A stretch of 51,395 nucleotides of DNA, taken from an uncultured Candidatus Saccharibacteria bacterium (lineage in GTDB: Bacteria; Patescibacteriota; Saccharimonadia; Saccharimonadales; JANWIN01). Below, piece after piece: positions 10,136 through 20,500 of this stretch (within the stretch, counting starts at the first letter, position 1; each line of letters starts with the position of its first letter). The DNA is taken from the NCBI GenBank assembly GCA_964652125.1, contig CAZZAE010000003.1, forward strand, positions 1 to 51,395, given 5' to 3'. The notes below the pieces were generated by a model. The model made no database searches. It was not told where the DNA came from and saw nothing but the letters and a program-made list of their open reading frames with translations. A program made the translations under genes and the position numbers.

Positions 10136-10698
10136 TGTACCAGATTTGTGTATCCGGCGCTGCTAAAGGAAAAAGTTCCATAATTGGTAAACGACTGGCC
10201 CAAGAGGCAGGAGAAGTAATTGCTAAGGGAGGTCATGCTTTATTAACGGGAGCAACTATTGGTCTGCCTAACGAAGCGGCGGTTGCTTATAAGCAAGCTG
10301 GTGGTGTTATGAGCCTGGGCATTAGTCCCGCTAGCAGTAAAATTGAACATGTTATGAAGTACCGTCTTCCAACCAGACCGTTCGATGCAATCTTATATAC
10401 TGGCATGCACTATGTCGGCCGAGATGCTTTTTTGATTAACTCCAGTGATGCTGTCATTAGTATTGGTGGGCGGTTAGGTACTCTGCACGAAGCTGTCTTG
10501 GCACTCGAGACTCGGACACCTATTGGTTTTCTCCGTGGAGCTGGCGGTACTGGAGATTATATTGGTGATGTTATCAAAGCCGCCGGCCGTGAACCAGGCG
10601 AAGATGCAATATTTGGTGATAATGCCAAGGATATATTAACCCAACTTATTAATATCTTGGATATAGAGCATCAACAATACAAAGATATTTACATTTAA
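10136..10698 (+). CDS. LOG/TIGR00725-family (SLOG fold) nucleotide-binding protein
   Basis: Start MYQICVSGAAKG at ATG 10136, 2 nt after the upstream stop, with GGAG 13 nt upstream. IGGRLGTLHE matches the LOG GGxGTxxE motif. Confidence 0.65.
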
Positions 10699-10753
10699 AC
10701 TAATATTTTAAGTTAAAACTAAAAATACTCTAGTAACTCTCTTAGTTGTACTT

Positions 10754-10762
10754 TGTTACAAT
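10754..10762 (+). promoter_or_regulatory. extended -10 (TGtTACAAT) 6 nt upstream of the uvrB ATG
   Basis: TGTTACAAT, then tagagg, then ATG at 10769. Predicts a leaderless or near-leaderless transcript. Confidence 0.4.
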
Positions 10763-10768
10763 TAGAGG

Positions 10769-12733
10769 ATGGCTAAATTCCAGATAAAGAGTGACTATAA
10801 ACCAACCGGCGATCAACCTGGGGCAATCTTAAAGTTAACTCAAAACCTGAATAAAAACATTAAAGAGCAGACCTTGCTAGGAGTAACTGGTAGTGGCAAG
10901 ACTTTTACTATGGCCAATGTAATACAAAACGTTCAAAAACCAACATTAGTCTTAAGCCACAACAAAACACTGGCAGCCCAACTCTACGGTGAATTTAAAA
11001 ACTATTTCCCAAATAATGCCGTGCACTATTTTGTTAGCTACTTTGATTATTACCAGCCAGAAGCTTATATGCCCAGAACCGATACCTATATAGAAAAAGA
11101 TAGTCAGATTAACGAGGAGATTGACCGATTACGCCACGCAGCGACTGATGCCTTGCTAACGCGGCGTGATGTCATTATTGTCGCAAGTGTAAGTTGCATT
11201 TATGGCATAGGCTCTGTCGAAGATTACGGAAACATGGCAGTTCATTTAAAAAAGGGTGAACGGCGACTACGCGATAAATTGCTAAGACAGCTGACCGATA
11301 TTCAATATCACCGCAATGATCTTGATTTTGCCCGAGGTAACTTCCGGGTTAGGGGTGACGTTGTAGATATCTTCCCGGCAGGAGAGGAAACCGCTTACCG
11401 GATTGAACTTTATGGTGATGAAATTGATAAAATGACGCGTATAGATCCGCTAACTGGTGAAATAATTGGAAACTTAAATGAACTGAAAATATTCCCAAGC
11501 TCTCACTACGTAACTCCTCAAGATAAGCTCAAGTCCGCACTTGGTCAAATTGAAGATGAACTGAACGAACGACTAAAGTTTTTTAAAAAGAATAATCAAT
11601 TACTAGAAGCTCAACGCTTAGAGCAAAGGACCCGATTTGACCTTGAAATGATGGAAGAAACTGGATTTGTGAAGGGAATCGAAAACTACAGTCGTTACTT
11701 AACTAACCGTGAGCCAGGTGAACAGCCAGCCACCTTACTTGATTACTATCCTGATGATTACATGCTCTTTATTGACGAATCGCATATGACAATTCCCCAG
11801 GTCCGAGGCATGTATAACGGTGATAGAGCCCGTAAAGAAGTGTTGGTGGACTACGGATTTCGTTTACCTAGTGCCTTGGATAACCGACCACTTACTTTTA
11901 CCGAATTTGAAAGGCATATGAATAAAGTGGTCTACGTCAGTGCTACTCCAGCCGATTTTGAATTATCACGAAGTCCCAAACCGGCAGAGCAAGTAATTCG
12001 GCCAACTGGACTTTTAGATCCCAGTATTGATGTCCGCCCAATAAAAGGCCAGATTGATGATCTTATTAGCGAGATAAAAGCTACGGTAGATAAGCACCAG
12101 AGAGTGCTTGTGACAACTCTGACTAAGCGGATGTCTGAAGACTTAACGGATTACCTGAAGGAATCGAATATTAAGGTTACCTACTTGCATAGTGATGTCG
12201 AAACATTGGATAGGACTGATATCTTGAGAGATTTAAGACTTGGTATTTATGACGTGGTGGTTGGAATCAATTTACTGCGAGAGGGACTAGATTTACCGGA
12301 AGTTAGTTTAGTAGCCATTTTAGATGCAGATAAAGAAGGTTTTTTACGCAGTGAGCAAGCATTGATACAAACAATTGGCCGGGCGGCCAGACACGTCGAG
12401 GGCCGAGTACTAATGTACGCAGATCGAATCACTGGCAGTATGGAAAGGGCTATCAGCGAAACAAATCGCAGACGCAAAATACAAGAAGAATATAACAAAA
12501 AGCACGGTATTACAGCTACGGGAATCAGCAAATCGGTTGAAAAGGGCCTACGTCCAGACCTGCCTGAAGAAGCCAAGAAGGCTAAGCTTGATCTAAAGAA
12601 AATTCCTAAAGATGAGTACGGACATCTCATAAAAGATTTAACTTCTCAGATGGATCTGGCAGCTGCCAACCTTCAATTTGAAACAGCGGCTGAACTTAGA
12701 GACATAATCGCGGATATAAAGACTAAGCTATAA
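10769..12733 (+). CDS. uvrB: excinuclease ABC subunit B
   Basis: [12 protein letters not shown] Walker A, helicase motifs, and the C-terminal UVR motif (FETAAELRD). Confidence 0.96.
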   Translation: MAKFQIKSDYKPTGDQPGAILKLTQNLNKNIKEQTLLGVTGSGKTFTMANVIQNVQKPTLVLSHNKTLAAQLYGEFKNYFPNNAVHYFVSYFDYYQPEAYMPRTDTYIEKDSQINEEIDRLRHAATDALLTRRDVIIVASVSCIYGIGSVEDYGNMAVHLKKGERRLRDKLLRQLTDIQYHRNDLDFARGNFRVRGDVVDIFPAGEETAYRIELYGDEIDKMTRIDPLTGEIIGNLNELKIFPSSHYVTPQDKLKSALGQIEDELNERLKFFKKNNQLLEAQRLEQRTRFDLEMMEETGFVKGIENYSRYLTNREPGEQPATLLDYYPDDYMLFIDESHMTIPQVRGMYNGDRARKEVLVDYGFRLPSALDNRPLTFTEFERHMNKVVYVSATPADFELSRSPKPAEQVIRPTGLLDPSIDVRPIKGQIDDLISEIKATVDKHQRVLVTTLTKRMSEDLTDYLKESNIKVTYLHSDVETLDRTDILRDLRLGIYDVVVGINLLREGLDLPEVSLVAILDADKEGFLRSEQALIQTIGRAARHVEGRVLMYADRITGSMERAISETNRRRKIQEEYNKKHGITATGISKSVEKGLRPDLPEEAKKAKLDLKKIPKDEYGHLIKDLTSQMDLAAANLQFETAAELRDIIADIKTKL

Positions 12734-13087
12734 AACGATTGTGCTTACAAGTTGAGCTTCTGGCTCTATTGCTGGCCAAGGTGGTAATTCGGATACATCG
12801 AGAGACCATAGTTCAACCAATCGTTCTGCGTGAAGAAAACTAATGAAATCTTTTTTTCTCTCATCGAGAGGCTTATTAAGCTCAATGGTAAGGCGTTGTC
12901 CGGCATATAAAACCGAAAAAAGGGCATCAAAAACAGCCTTTTCTCCTACAATTCGTGCAGCAGCTAATAAATTAGGGCTCAAAACTTCTTCCGAAATAGG
13001 CGAGACACTAGCAGTGGCTACTTCTCTCAAATGCTCGGCGGGTTGGGTCGGGCTAACTTCCGGTAACATAAACGCGGTTGCTGCCAT
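12728..13087 (-). CDS. hypothetical protein
   Basis: The ORF extends to a TTG at 13144. ATG 13087 has an AGGAA RBS and is preferred. Composition is more protein-like than the overlapping + strand ORF 12843..13187. Confidence 0.4.
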   Translation of the reverse strand: MAATAFMLPEVSPTQPAEHLREVATASVSPISEEVLSPNLLAAARIVGEKAVFDALFSVLYAGQRLTIELNKPLDERKKDFISFLHAERLVELWSLDVSELPPWPAIEPEAQLVSTIVL

Positions 13088-13171
13088 TTTTATTATTTTC
13101 CTAGTTCTTATGTTTATCGTAAGACTAACTAATTTAGTTGTCAAGTATATCCTGCTCCAAGGAACGAACTC

Positions 13172-13180
13172 TGCTATAAT
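13172..13180 (+). promoter_or_regulatory. extended -10 (TGcTATAAT) 8 nt upstream of the gatC ATG
   Basis: TGCTATAAT at 13172..13180, ATG at 13189, no SD. Confidence 0.5.
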
Positions 13181-13188
13181 TTTATGAA

Positions 13189-13479
13189 ATGGCGAGACTG
13201 ACTCAAACTGACATATTGAAATTGGCCAAACTTGCGAGGCTAGATTTATCTCCTGATGAAATTAAACAATTTAGTGGAGAGATAAGTGAAATATTGGCAT
13301 ATGTAGAACAACTCCAATCGGTTGATGGGGAAAAGCTTGAGCCAACATACCAAGTTACTGGACTAAAAAATGTCACCAGGAGTGATGAACCAATTAATTA
13401 TGGTGCCAATCAAAAAGCTTTACTAAAGAATGTACCTACTTTAGAGGGCGACTACATAAAAGTTAAGAGAGTACTCTAA
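13189..13479 (+). CDS. gatC: Asp/Glu-tRNA amidotransferase subunit C
   Basis: 96 aa. LAKLARLDLSPDE and ILAYVEQL motifs. Directly precedes gatA. Confidence 0.9.
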   Translation: MARLTQTDILKLAKLARLDLSPDEIKQFSGEISEILAYVEQLQSVDGEKLEPTYQVTGLKNVTRSDEPINYGANQKALLKNVPTLEGDYIKVKRVL

Positions 13480-13480
13480 C

Positions 13481-14905
13481 ATGAGCTTTTGGCCAAGTCT
13501 TGCTGACATTGCCAAACAGACAGCGTCTGGCAAGATATCAGCTAGATCAAATGTTGAAAAGGCCCTTGAAATTATAGATTCAAAGTCTAGTTTCAAAGCA
13601 ATAATAGATACTACCGAAAAACGTGCCCTTGAACGAGCCGAGGAAATTGATAAAAAGATAAAATCCGGACAAAACGCTGGCCGATTAGCTGGTGTACCTT
13701 TTATTGCTAAAGATAATTTTCTAACTTTTGGAGCCAATACCACCGCCGCCAGTAATATGTTAAAAAACTTTGATGCGCCGTATCAGTCCACGGCAATAGA
13801 CAAACTTGAATCTGAAGGTGCCATCTGCGTAGCAAAAGCTAACCTAGATGCTTTCGCCCATGGATCCAGTACGGAAAACAGTGATTTTTTTACTACTCAC
13901 AATCCTCATGATAAAAACCATGTACCAGGCGGCTCATCAGGTGGTTCGGCCGCTGCAATCATGCTCGATATGGCTCCTTTTGCACTTGGTACTGACACCG
14001 GTGGTTCTATTCGCCAACCAGCATCGTTTTGTGGCGCCATTGGCTATAAGCCAACTTATGGACTAGTTTCTCGTTCTGGGGTTATTGCTATGGCTAGCAG
14101 TACTGACGTTATTGGGCCACTTAGTCGAAACGTCGAAGATGCAGCTTTAGTATTAGACGTAATGTCTGGACGAGACCCACTAGATGCTACAACTATAGAT
14201 CGTGATAGTTCCAGCTACTTAGACTTAAAGACTAATCTTAAAGGCAAAAAAATTGGTGTTATCAAACAATACATGGGTGAGGGTTTGGATCCAGGAGTAA
14301 AAAAGCAAATTGATCAATCTATTGAGGCCATAAAAGATGCTGGTGCATCAATAATCGAAGTAAGTCTCCCCTCAGTATCACTTTCCTTAGCCGTTTATTA
14401 CATACTAGTTCCTGCCGAAATTAGCAGTAATTTAAGTCGCTATGATGGTCAGAAGTATGGTTATAGTGATAAGGGTGCCAATGACCTTGAAGCTAGTTAT
14501 TCTAAATCCAGATCTAGGGGTTTTAATATTGAGAATAAGCGGCGCATTATGATCGGTACATATGTGCTCAGCAGTGGCTACTACGATGCATATTACAAAA
14601 AAGCCCAAACCGTTAGGACTAAAATAATTAACGAATTTAATAAGGCTTTTGAAAGCGTCGATCTGATGCTCGGACCAACCGCTCCATCAACAGCATTTAA
14701 GATTGGTGCCAACACGGCTGATCCCCTAAAAATGTATTTGATGGATGTCATGACGGTGGCCGCTAATTTAACAGGAATGCCGGCTATATCTATTCCGGTA
14801 GGAAAATCAGAGGGCATGCCCGTTGGACTACAACTGATGGCACCTCCTCGCCACGATCGGAACTTATTATCTTCTGCTTTATCAGTAGAGGCACTAAAGC
14901 TATGA
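13481..14905 (+). CDS. gatA: Asp/Glu-tRNA amidotransferase subunit A
   Basis: Amidase signature GGSSGGSAAA and GTDTGGSIRQPA. Confidence 0.95.
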   Translation: MSFWPSLADIAKQTASGKISARSNVEKALEIIDSKSSFKAIIDTTEKRALERAEEIDKKIKSGQNAGRLAGVPFIAKDNFLTFGANTTAASNMLKNFDAPYQSTAIDKLESEGAICVAKANLDAFAHGSSTENSDFFTTHNPHDKNHVPGGSSGGSAAAIMLDMAPFALGTDTGGSIRQPASFCGAIGYKPTYGLVSRSGVIAMASSTDVIGPLSRNVEDAALVLDVMSGRDPLDATTIDRDSSSYLDLKTNLKGKKIGVIKQYMGEGLDPGVKKQIDQSIEAIKDAGASIIEVSLPSVSLSLAVYYILVPAEISSNLSRYDGQKYGYSDKGANDLEASYSKSRSRGFNIENKRRIMIGTYVLSSGYYDAYYKKAQTVRTKIINEFNKAFESVDLMLGPTAPSTAFKIGANTADPLKMYLMDVMTVAANLTGMPAISIPVGKSEGMPVGLQLMAPPRHDRNLLSSALSVEALKL

Positions 14906-15327
14906 CTAAGCAACTTGTAATTATCATTGGGGTAGCTATTCTTGCAATATTTTTAATTTCAACGTCTGTAATTATCTGGATGAGGATTGCTAAGAAGCGA
15001 AGATTGCCAGTTCAATTCCGCGAAAAATGGCTAGATATTCAACGGCTATGTACGAATAAGGAAACTTGGGGACAGGCAGTATTGAATGCCGACGAACTCT
15101 TAGATAGTGCCCTGAAGAAGAAACGAATTAAAGGTAAAACTATGGGTGAGAGATTGGTAACTGCCCAACGTCGCTTAAGCGATAATGACAGTGTTTGGTA
15201 CGCCCATAACTTAGCCAAGAAGCTAAAGGCCGACTCTGGAAGAACAATGCGAGAAGCTCAGGCTAAAAAGTCGCTTGTTGGTGTCCGTCAAGCCCTAAGA
15301 GATTTGGATATGCTAAATGGTAAATAA
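14902..15327 (+). CDS. hypothetical single-pass membrane protein embedded in the gatCAB operon
   Basis: N-terminal TM segment (LVIIIGVAILAIFLISTSVIIW) followed by a basic helical domain. ATGA overlap with gatA and an 11-nt overlap with gatB. Confidence 0.6.
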   Translation: MTKQLVIIIGVAILAIFLISTSVIIWMRIAKKRRLPVQFREKWLDIQRLCTNKETWGQAVLNADELLDSALKKKRIKGKTMGERLVTAQRRLSDNDSVWYAHNLAKKLKADSGRTMREAQAKKSLVGVRQALRDLDMLNGK

Positions 15328-16792
15328 AGAACTAGCGGCAAAATACAAAACCACAATTGGTATTGAATGCCATGTCCAACTCAAAACTGCCACTAAGCTA
15401 TTTGCAGCTGTCGGTAATGATGCCCGCGGTGCTCTTCCTAATACTCTTATCAGTCACATTTGTCTTGGGATGCCGGGAGCTTTGCCGGTATTAAACGAAA
15501 AAGCTATCGAGTTAGCATCTAAAATGGCTTTTGCACTAAATACTAAACCGCAGAAACACAGTTATTTCGAGCGCAAGCATTACTTCTATCCAGATTTACC
15601 CAAGGGCTATCAAATTACTCAATTAGCACAACCAATTGTAGTTGGTGGTACTGTCAGTATTGAGGTTGAGGGTAAAATAAGAAGTATAAGTGTCAACCGA
15701 GTTCAAATTGAAGAAGATGCCGGGAAAAATACCCATCCATCAGGGAAAGACTACTCCCTGGTTGATTTAAATCGTGCTGGTACTCCGTTACTTGAAATTG
15801 TATCTGAGCCCGATATGCATTCGGCCCAAGAAGCGAAACAATATGCAAGGGAACTTTATCTTTTAGTCAAATATGCTGGAGTATCGGATGCGGATCTTTA
15901 CCACGGTAATATGCGCTTTGATGTGAATGTTAGCGTAAGTAGTGACAATACCCTGGGAACCCGGACTGAAACAAAAAACTTAAATTCGTTTAGAAGTGTT
16001 GAGAAATCTGTTGAATTTGAAGTAAATAGGCAAATAGAGCTGCTTGAAAAAGGTCAGAAAATTGTCCAAGAAACCCGGGGTTGGGACGATGCCAAACAGA
16101 AGACTACGAGTCAGCGCGGAAAAGAAGAAGCACATGATTACAGGTACATGCCTGAACCCGACGTTCCACCGATAGAATTAAACAAAGCTTATATTGACAA
16201 AGTCGAATCCGAAATGCCAGTTCTACCAGATGAATGGAGACAACGATTAGCATCACTGGGCCTGGATTCTAGTTATAGGGATAGTTTGTTGGAAGCTGAA
16301 GTTGAAACTCAGCAGTACAGTTACCTTGCTTTAATTGAGCAACATTTAAATAAACCTGACATGGCCAAACAATTAGCTAACTGGTTTGTTAACGTTGAGA
16401 TCCCGCTCAGACGATCGGGTAAAGACATTGATTCCATCAAAGACTCAACGCGTGGGGAAATATACATGGAGGTATATGATTTAGTTAAGGCAAATAAACT
16501 CAGTTCGACTAATGCTAAAACTTTGATTGGAACCTTGCTTACCCAAGCAATTAAACCCGTAATTATTGAAAAATACGCTGAAGAACAAGGACTTATACAG
16601 GTATCCAATGAACAGGAAATTGCTAAAATAGTTAAAGAGGTTATTGATGCCAATCCTCAAGCAGCTAGTGCAATAAAAGCTGGTCAGACCAAAGCAATAG
16701 GCTTCTTAGTTGGTCAAGTTATGAAAAAGTCTTTGCATCAGGCAAACCCTGAATTGGCTCAAAAACTTATCAAGCAGCAACTTGATGTATAA
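15317..16792 (+). CDS. gatB: Asp/Glu-tRNA amidotransferase subunit B
   Basis: IGIECHVQL, YFYPDLPKGYQITQ, and the C-terminal YqeY-like domain. Confidence 0.95.
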   Translation: MVNKELAAKYKTTIGIECHVQLKTATKLFAAVGNDARGALPNTLISHICLGMPGALPVLNEKAIELASKMAFALNTKPQKHSYFERKHYFYPDLPKGYQITQLAQPIVVGGTVSIEVEGKIRSISVNRVQIEEDAGKNTHPSGKDYSLVDLNRAGTPLLEIVSEPDMHSAQEAKQYARELYLLVKYAGVSDADLYHGNMRFDVNVSVSSDNTLGTRTETKNLNSFRSVEKSVEFEVNRQIELLEKGQKIVQETRGWDDAKQKTTSQRGKEEAHDYRYMPEPDVPPIELNKAYIDKVESEMPVLPDEWRQRLASLGLDSSYRDSLLEAEVETQQYSYLALIEQHLNKPDMAKQLANWFVNVEIPLRRSGKDIDSIKDSTRGEIYMEVYDLVKANKLSSTNAKTLIGTLLTQAIKPVIIEKYAEEQGLIQVSNEQEIAKIVKEVIDANPQAASAIKAGQTKAIGFLVGQVMKKSLHQANPELAQKLIKQQLDV

Positions 16793-17067
16793 TGATAAAT
16801 ATGACTTTTACTGAGCAATTCTTGGTGGTGGTTCTGGCAGCAGTACTCGCACTATTTTTAATCATTGGCATTATTGTACTAGTAAAAATAATCCAAATAC
16901 TGAATCATATCAAGCACATAACTGACAAAGCAGAAAAGATTGCAGACCAAGCGGAAGCTGTTGGTGATTTCTTTCAGAAAACTGCCGGGCCAGCTGCTAT
17001 TGCTAAGCTGGTTTCTAATATTGTTCACTCCTTTAGCAATACTAAGCATAATAAGAAGGGAGAGTAA
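16792..17067 (+). CDS. DUF948-like small membrane protein
   Basis: N-terminal TM helix plus a helical tail. Overlaps the gatB stop by 1 nt. Confidence 0.5.
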   Translation: MINMTFTEQFLVVVLAAVLALFLIIGIIVLVKIIQILNHIKHITDKAEKIADQAEAVGDFFQKTAGPAAIAKLVSNIVHSFSNTKHNKKGE

Positions 17068-17069
17068 GT

Positions 17070-17492
17070 ATGAAAAAAACCAACAAGTTTGCTATCGGTA
17101 CCGTAGTAGCTGCAGCAGCTGGTTATGTTGCAGGCATTTTAACAGCTCCAAAAAGCGGAAAAGACACCAGAAAAGATATTGGTGACGCCGCAGTCAAAGT
17201 AAAAACAGAAGCTGAGAAAAAGCTAAAAGCTTTGCACAGTGAACTAAATGAACTTCTCGATCAAGCCAAAAGTGGTGCTAAGAAAGTTCAAAAAGGTGCC
17301 GGAGACGAACTGACATCTATTGTTGCCAAAGCCCAGTTAGCTAAAGACAAAGCTCGCGAAATTCTATCCGCACTACATGACGATGATGCTAACGATGATG
17401 ATTTGAAAAAAGCTATAGATGAAGTTAAACAATCCATCCATCATCTAAAAGCTTACGTTGCCAAAAACAAACCATCAGCCAGCGCTAAGTAG
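17070..17492 (+). CDS. YtxH-like protein
   Basis: N-terminal AAAGYVAGILTAPKSGKDTRKD YtxH signature, then a K/A/E-rich helical region. Confidence 0.65.
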   Translation: MKKTNKFAIGTVVAAAAGYVAGILTAPKSGKDTRKDIGDAAVKVKTEAEKKLKALHSELNELLDQAKSGAKKVQKGAGDELTSIVAKAQLAKDKAREILSALHDDDANDDDLKKAIDEVKQSIHHLKAYVAKNKPSASAK

Positions 17493-17571
17493 CATCATTG
17501 TAATTATTTTATATAAAGTGCCCAAGAGCGGTGTAATTTATTACAATAGGTCGAGGAATTAAGAGGGGTTT

Positions 17572-20500
17572 ATGCCAAAACAAAAGTTGCAGGCCAGTGA
17601 TTATGTTCACCTGCACAATCACAGTCAATATAGTCTGCTGGACGGTCTAACAAAGATACCGGCATTAATTGATACCGTCAAAGAGCTTGGTATGGAAGCG
17701 GTCGCGATAACAGACCACGGTACGCTGTCGGGTGTTATCGAATTTTATAAAGCGGCCAAAGCCGGCGGTATCAAACCGATAATTGGCATAGAAACCTATG
17801 TTGCTCCTAGAAAACATACTGATAAAGAGCCGACAAAGGACAAAAATTCTTATCACTTAACTCTTCTGGCAATGAATAATCAGGGCTATCAAAACTTGAT
17901 GCGCCTGAGTACTATCGCAAACTTAGACGGGTATTACTACCGACCACGAATTGATCATGATTTATTACAAAGGTACAGCGACGGACTTATTGTTTTGAGT
18001 GGATGTATTGGAGGTGAAGTCTCTGATGCCTTACGCCAAAATCAGTACCAGCAGGCCAAAAAGGCCGCAAAATGGTACAAGCAGGTATTTGGTGATCGTT
18101 ATTACCTGGAAGTTCAAGACCATGGCCACCCAGAACACACTAGTATGTGGGAGGAACAAGCAGTTGTTACTGAGCAAACTTTTAAATTAGCTGAAGAATT
18201 GGACTTACCTTGTGTGGTTACCTGCGATGCTCATTATCTCAAGCCCAGTGATCAGGAAGCTCACGAAATACTTCTATGTGTTCAGACTGGATCATATCTT
18301 AGCGATGAAACTCGTATGAGTCTGAAAAACTTTGAGCTACATGTCACAGATCCCCAAAAAATTATTAATCGTTGGGGGCCTAAAAGGCCAGAAACAATTA
18401 CTAATTCAAAAGCTATCGCTGATCGTTGCAATGTCGAGTTAGAGCTAAACAAAATATTGATACCAAAGTTTCCTCTGCCAAGGGGTGCTACCGAAAAGAG
18501 TTATTTACGTCGGCAAGTGTATCGTGGTCTGGCTTGGCGATACGGGGGTAAAAGTGAAGAGCAAGCTGAAACACTCGACGAAGTCGAGGTTAAGCAAAAC
18601 TTACCTTTGGATATTATTGTTAGGGCAGAATATGAGTTGAATGTTATTAACGAAATGCGCTTCAATGCTTTTTTCCTAATAATTGCCGATTTTATTAACT
18701 GGGGCAAAGACCGCGGTATTGTTTTTGGTCCGGGACGTGGTAGCGCAGCTAGTTCGATTATATCTTTCGCTTTAAAGATTACGGAACTTGATCCCATGAA
18801 GTATGATTTGTTATTCGAGCGGTTTTTAAACCCCGATCGAATTAGCATGCCCGATTTTGATATAGATATTCAAGACACCAACCGTGGTGAGGTTATACAG
18901 TACTGTGCAAACAAGTATGGTACGGACCGAGTAGCTAACATCGTGACTTTTGGTAAAATGGCGGCCAGAAACGCTGTTCGTGATGTAGCTAGAGTTCTTC
19001 AAGTTCCATATTCTGAGGCTGATCGTTGGGCTAAAATGATTCCACCGCCAATCCAAGGGCGACACGTACTGCTGGAGACATCGCTTAAGGACGACCTAAA
19101 CTTAAAGCAAGAATATGAAACAAATCAACAAGCTAAGAGAGTCTTTGACATGGCAGTGCAATTGGAAGGTACAATTCGATCACATGGCGTACACGCTGCC
19201 GCGGTAGTTATTGCTCCTGACGATATTGTCAGCTATGCACCACTTGAAATGGCCCAAAAGGGAGTTGTTACTACACAGTACTCTATGGGTCCGATTGAAG
19301 ACATTGGACTACTCAAGATCGATTTCCTTGGCTTATCAAACTTGACTACGATCAAGAATGCTCTTCGAATAATTAAAAAAGTCTACAAACAAGATATTGA
19401 TATCAATAAATTGCCACTGAATGATACAGCTACCTTTGATTTATTGCAAAGTGGAGATACTACGGGTGTATTTCAACTTGAATCATCCGGCATGAAGCGC
19501 TATTTAAAAGAACTCAAACCTACAGTCTTTGAGGATATTATTGCTATGGTAGCCCTTTATCGTCCTGGACCAATGCAGTGGATAGAGGACTTTATTGCAC
19601 GCAAACACGGGCGCCGCGAGATTACTTATATTCATGAGGCTATGGCACCAGCTTTGAAAAATACCTATGGTGTAATTGTCTACCAAGAGCAGGTTATGCA
19701 GATCAGTAAAGAAATGTGCGGTTTTTCTGGTGGACAAGCCGATACCCTGCGTAAAGCTATCGGTAAAAAAGATCCTACTGTACTCGCCAAGCTAAAAGGT
19801 GATTTTATAGAAGGCGCTATTAAAAAAGTAGGAGCAGACCGTAAACTTATGGACAAGTTTTGGGGTCAATTAGAAGATTTTGCTGCCTATTGTTTTAATA
19901 AAGCCCACGCTGCTTGTTATGGACTTATTGCTTACCAAACAGCCTATTTAAAAGCACACTATCCTGACGCCTTTATGGCAGCATTAATGACCAGTGACTT
20001 CGATAACACTGATCGTTTGGCTATCGAAATTAGTGAATGTGAACATATGGGTATAGAAGTCTTAGCGCCGGACGTTAATGAATCGTTTGTCGAATTTGCT
20101 ATTGTACCAAACGCCCAAAAAATTAGATTTGGTTTGGCGGCTGTTAAAAACGTCGGTACTGGAGCTGTTGAGGAAATATTGAGAGCCCGTGAAAATGCTG
20201 GTGGCTTTGAAAACTTAGAGTCCTTCTTCACGAGTGTTAACACTAGAGTAGCAAACCGTAAAACTATGGAGAGCTTGATCAAGTCAGGTGCTCTGGATAG
20301 CTTTGGAGACCGTGGACATCTTTTAAACAATCTTGATAATTTACTAGCTTACTCCAGCCGAGTTCAAAAACAGCAAGAGTCTGGCCAAACCAATTTATTC
20401 GTTTCCGTAAAAGACGCTGTAGTAGTCGAAGATCTATCGCCCAAATTAACACTCGATACTCAGGGTCCAGTCTACGCACTCAACGAGCAACTTCAGTGGG

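Noticed and set aside
12247-12630. Many 60-130-aa ORFs in the six-frame track that lie antisense or out of frame inside large conserved genes. Examples: 988..1404, 5322..5781, 12247..12630, 18501..19065, 19959..20479, 28013..28360, 32309..33503, 35462..35809, 41588..41890, 44889..45233, 47971..48375.
   Set aside because: Each is wholly contained in a confidently recognised gene (trxB, tkt, uvrB, dnaE, pepN, clpC, radA, and others). Each has low-complexity, Ser/Arg/Leu/Cys-biased composition and no RBS or promoter signal.
12843-13187. 114-aa plus-strand ORF between uvrB and gatC
   Set aside because: It fully overlaps the minus-strand ORF 12728..13087/13144. Its Ser/Arg/Lys/Leu-rich composition is typical of an antisense frame. 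It would also run through the gatC extended -10. The call between the two strands remains uncertain.
14903-14905. Possible UGA recoding, as seen in some CPR lineages (code 25)
   Set aside because: TGA terminates gatA, hisS, tig and other conserved genes at their expected lengths. Reading through would fuse unrelated frames. The standard code 11 fits.
17497-17547. Inverted repeat ATTGTAAT ... ATTACAAT between the ytxH-like gene and dnaE
   Set aside because: It is an 8-bp A/T-rich stem with a ~35-nt loop and is energetically negligible. The right arm is more simply a TACAAT -10 for dnaE.
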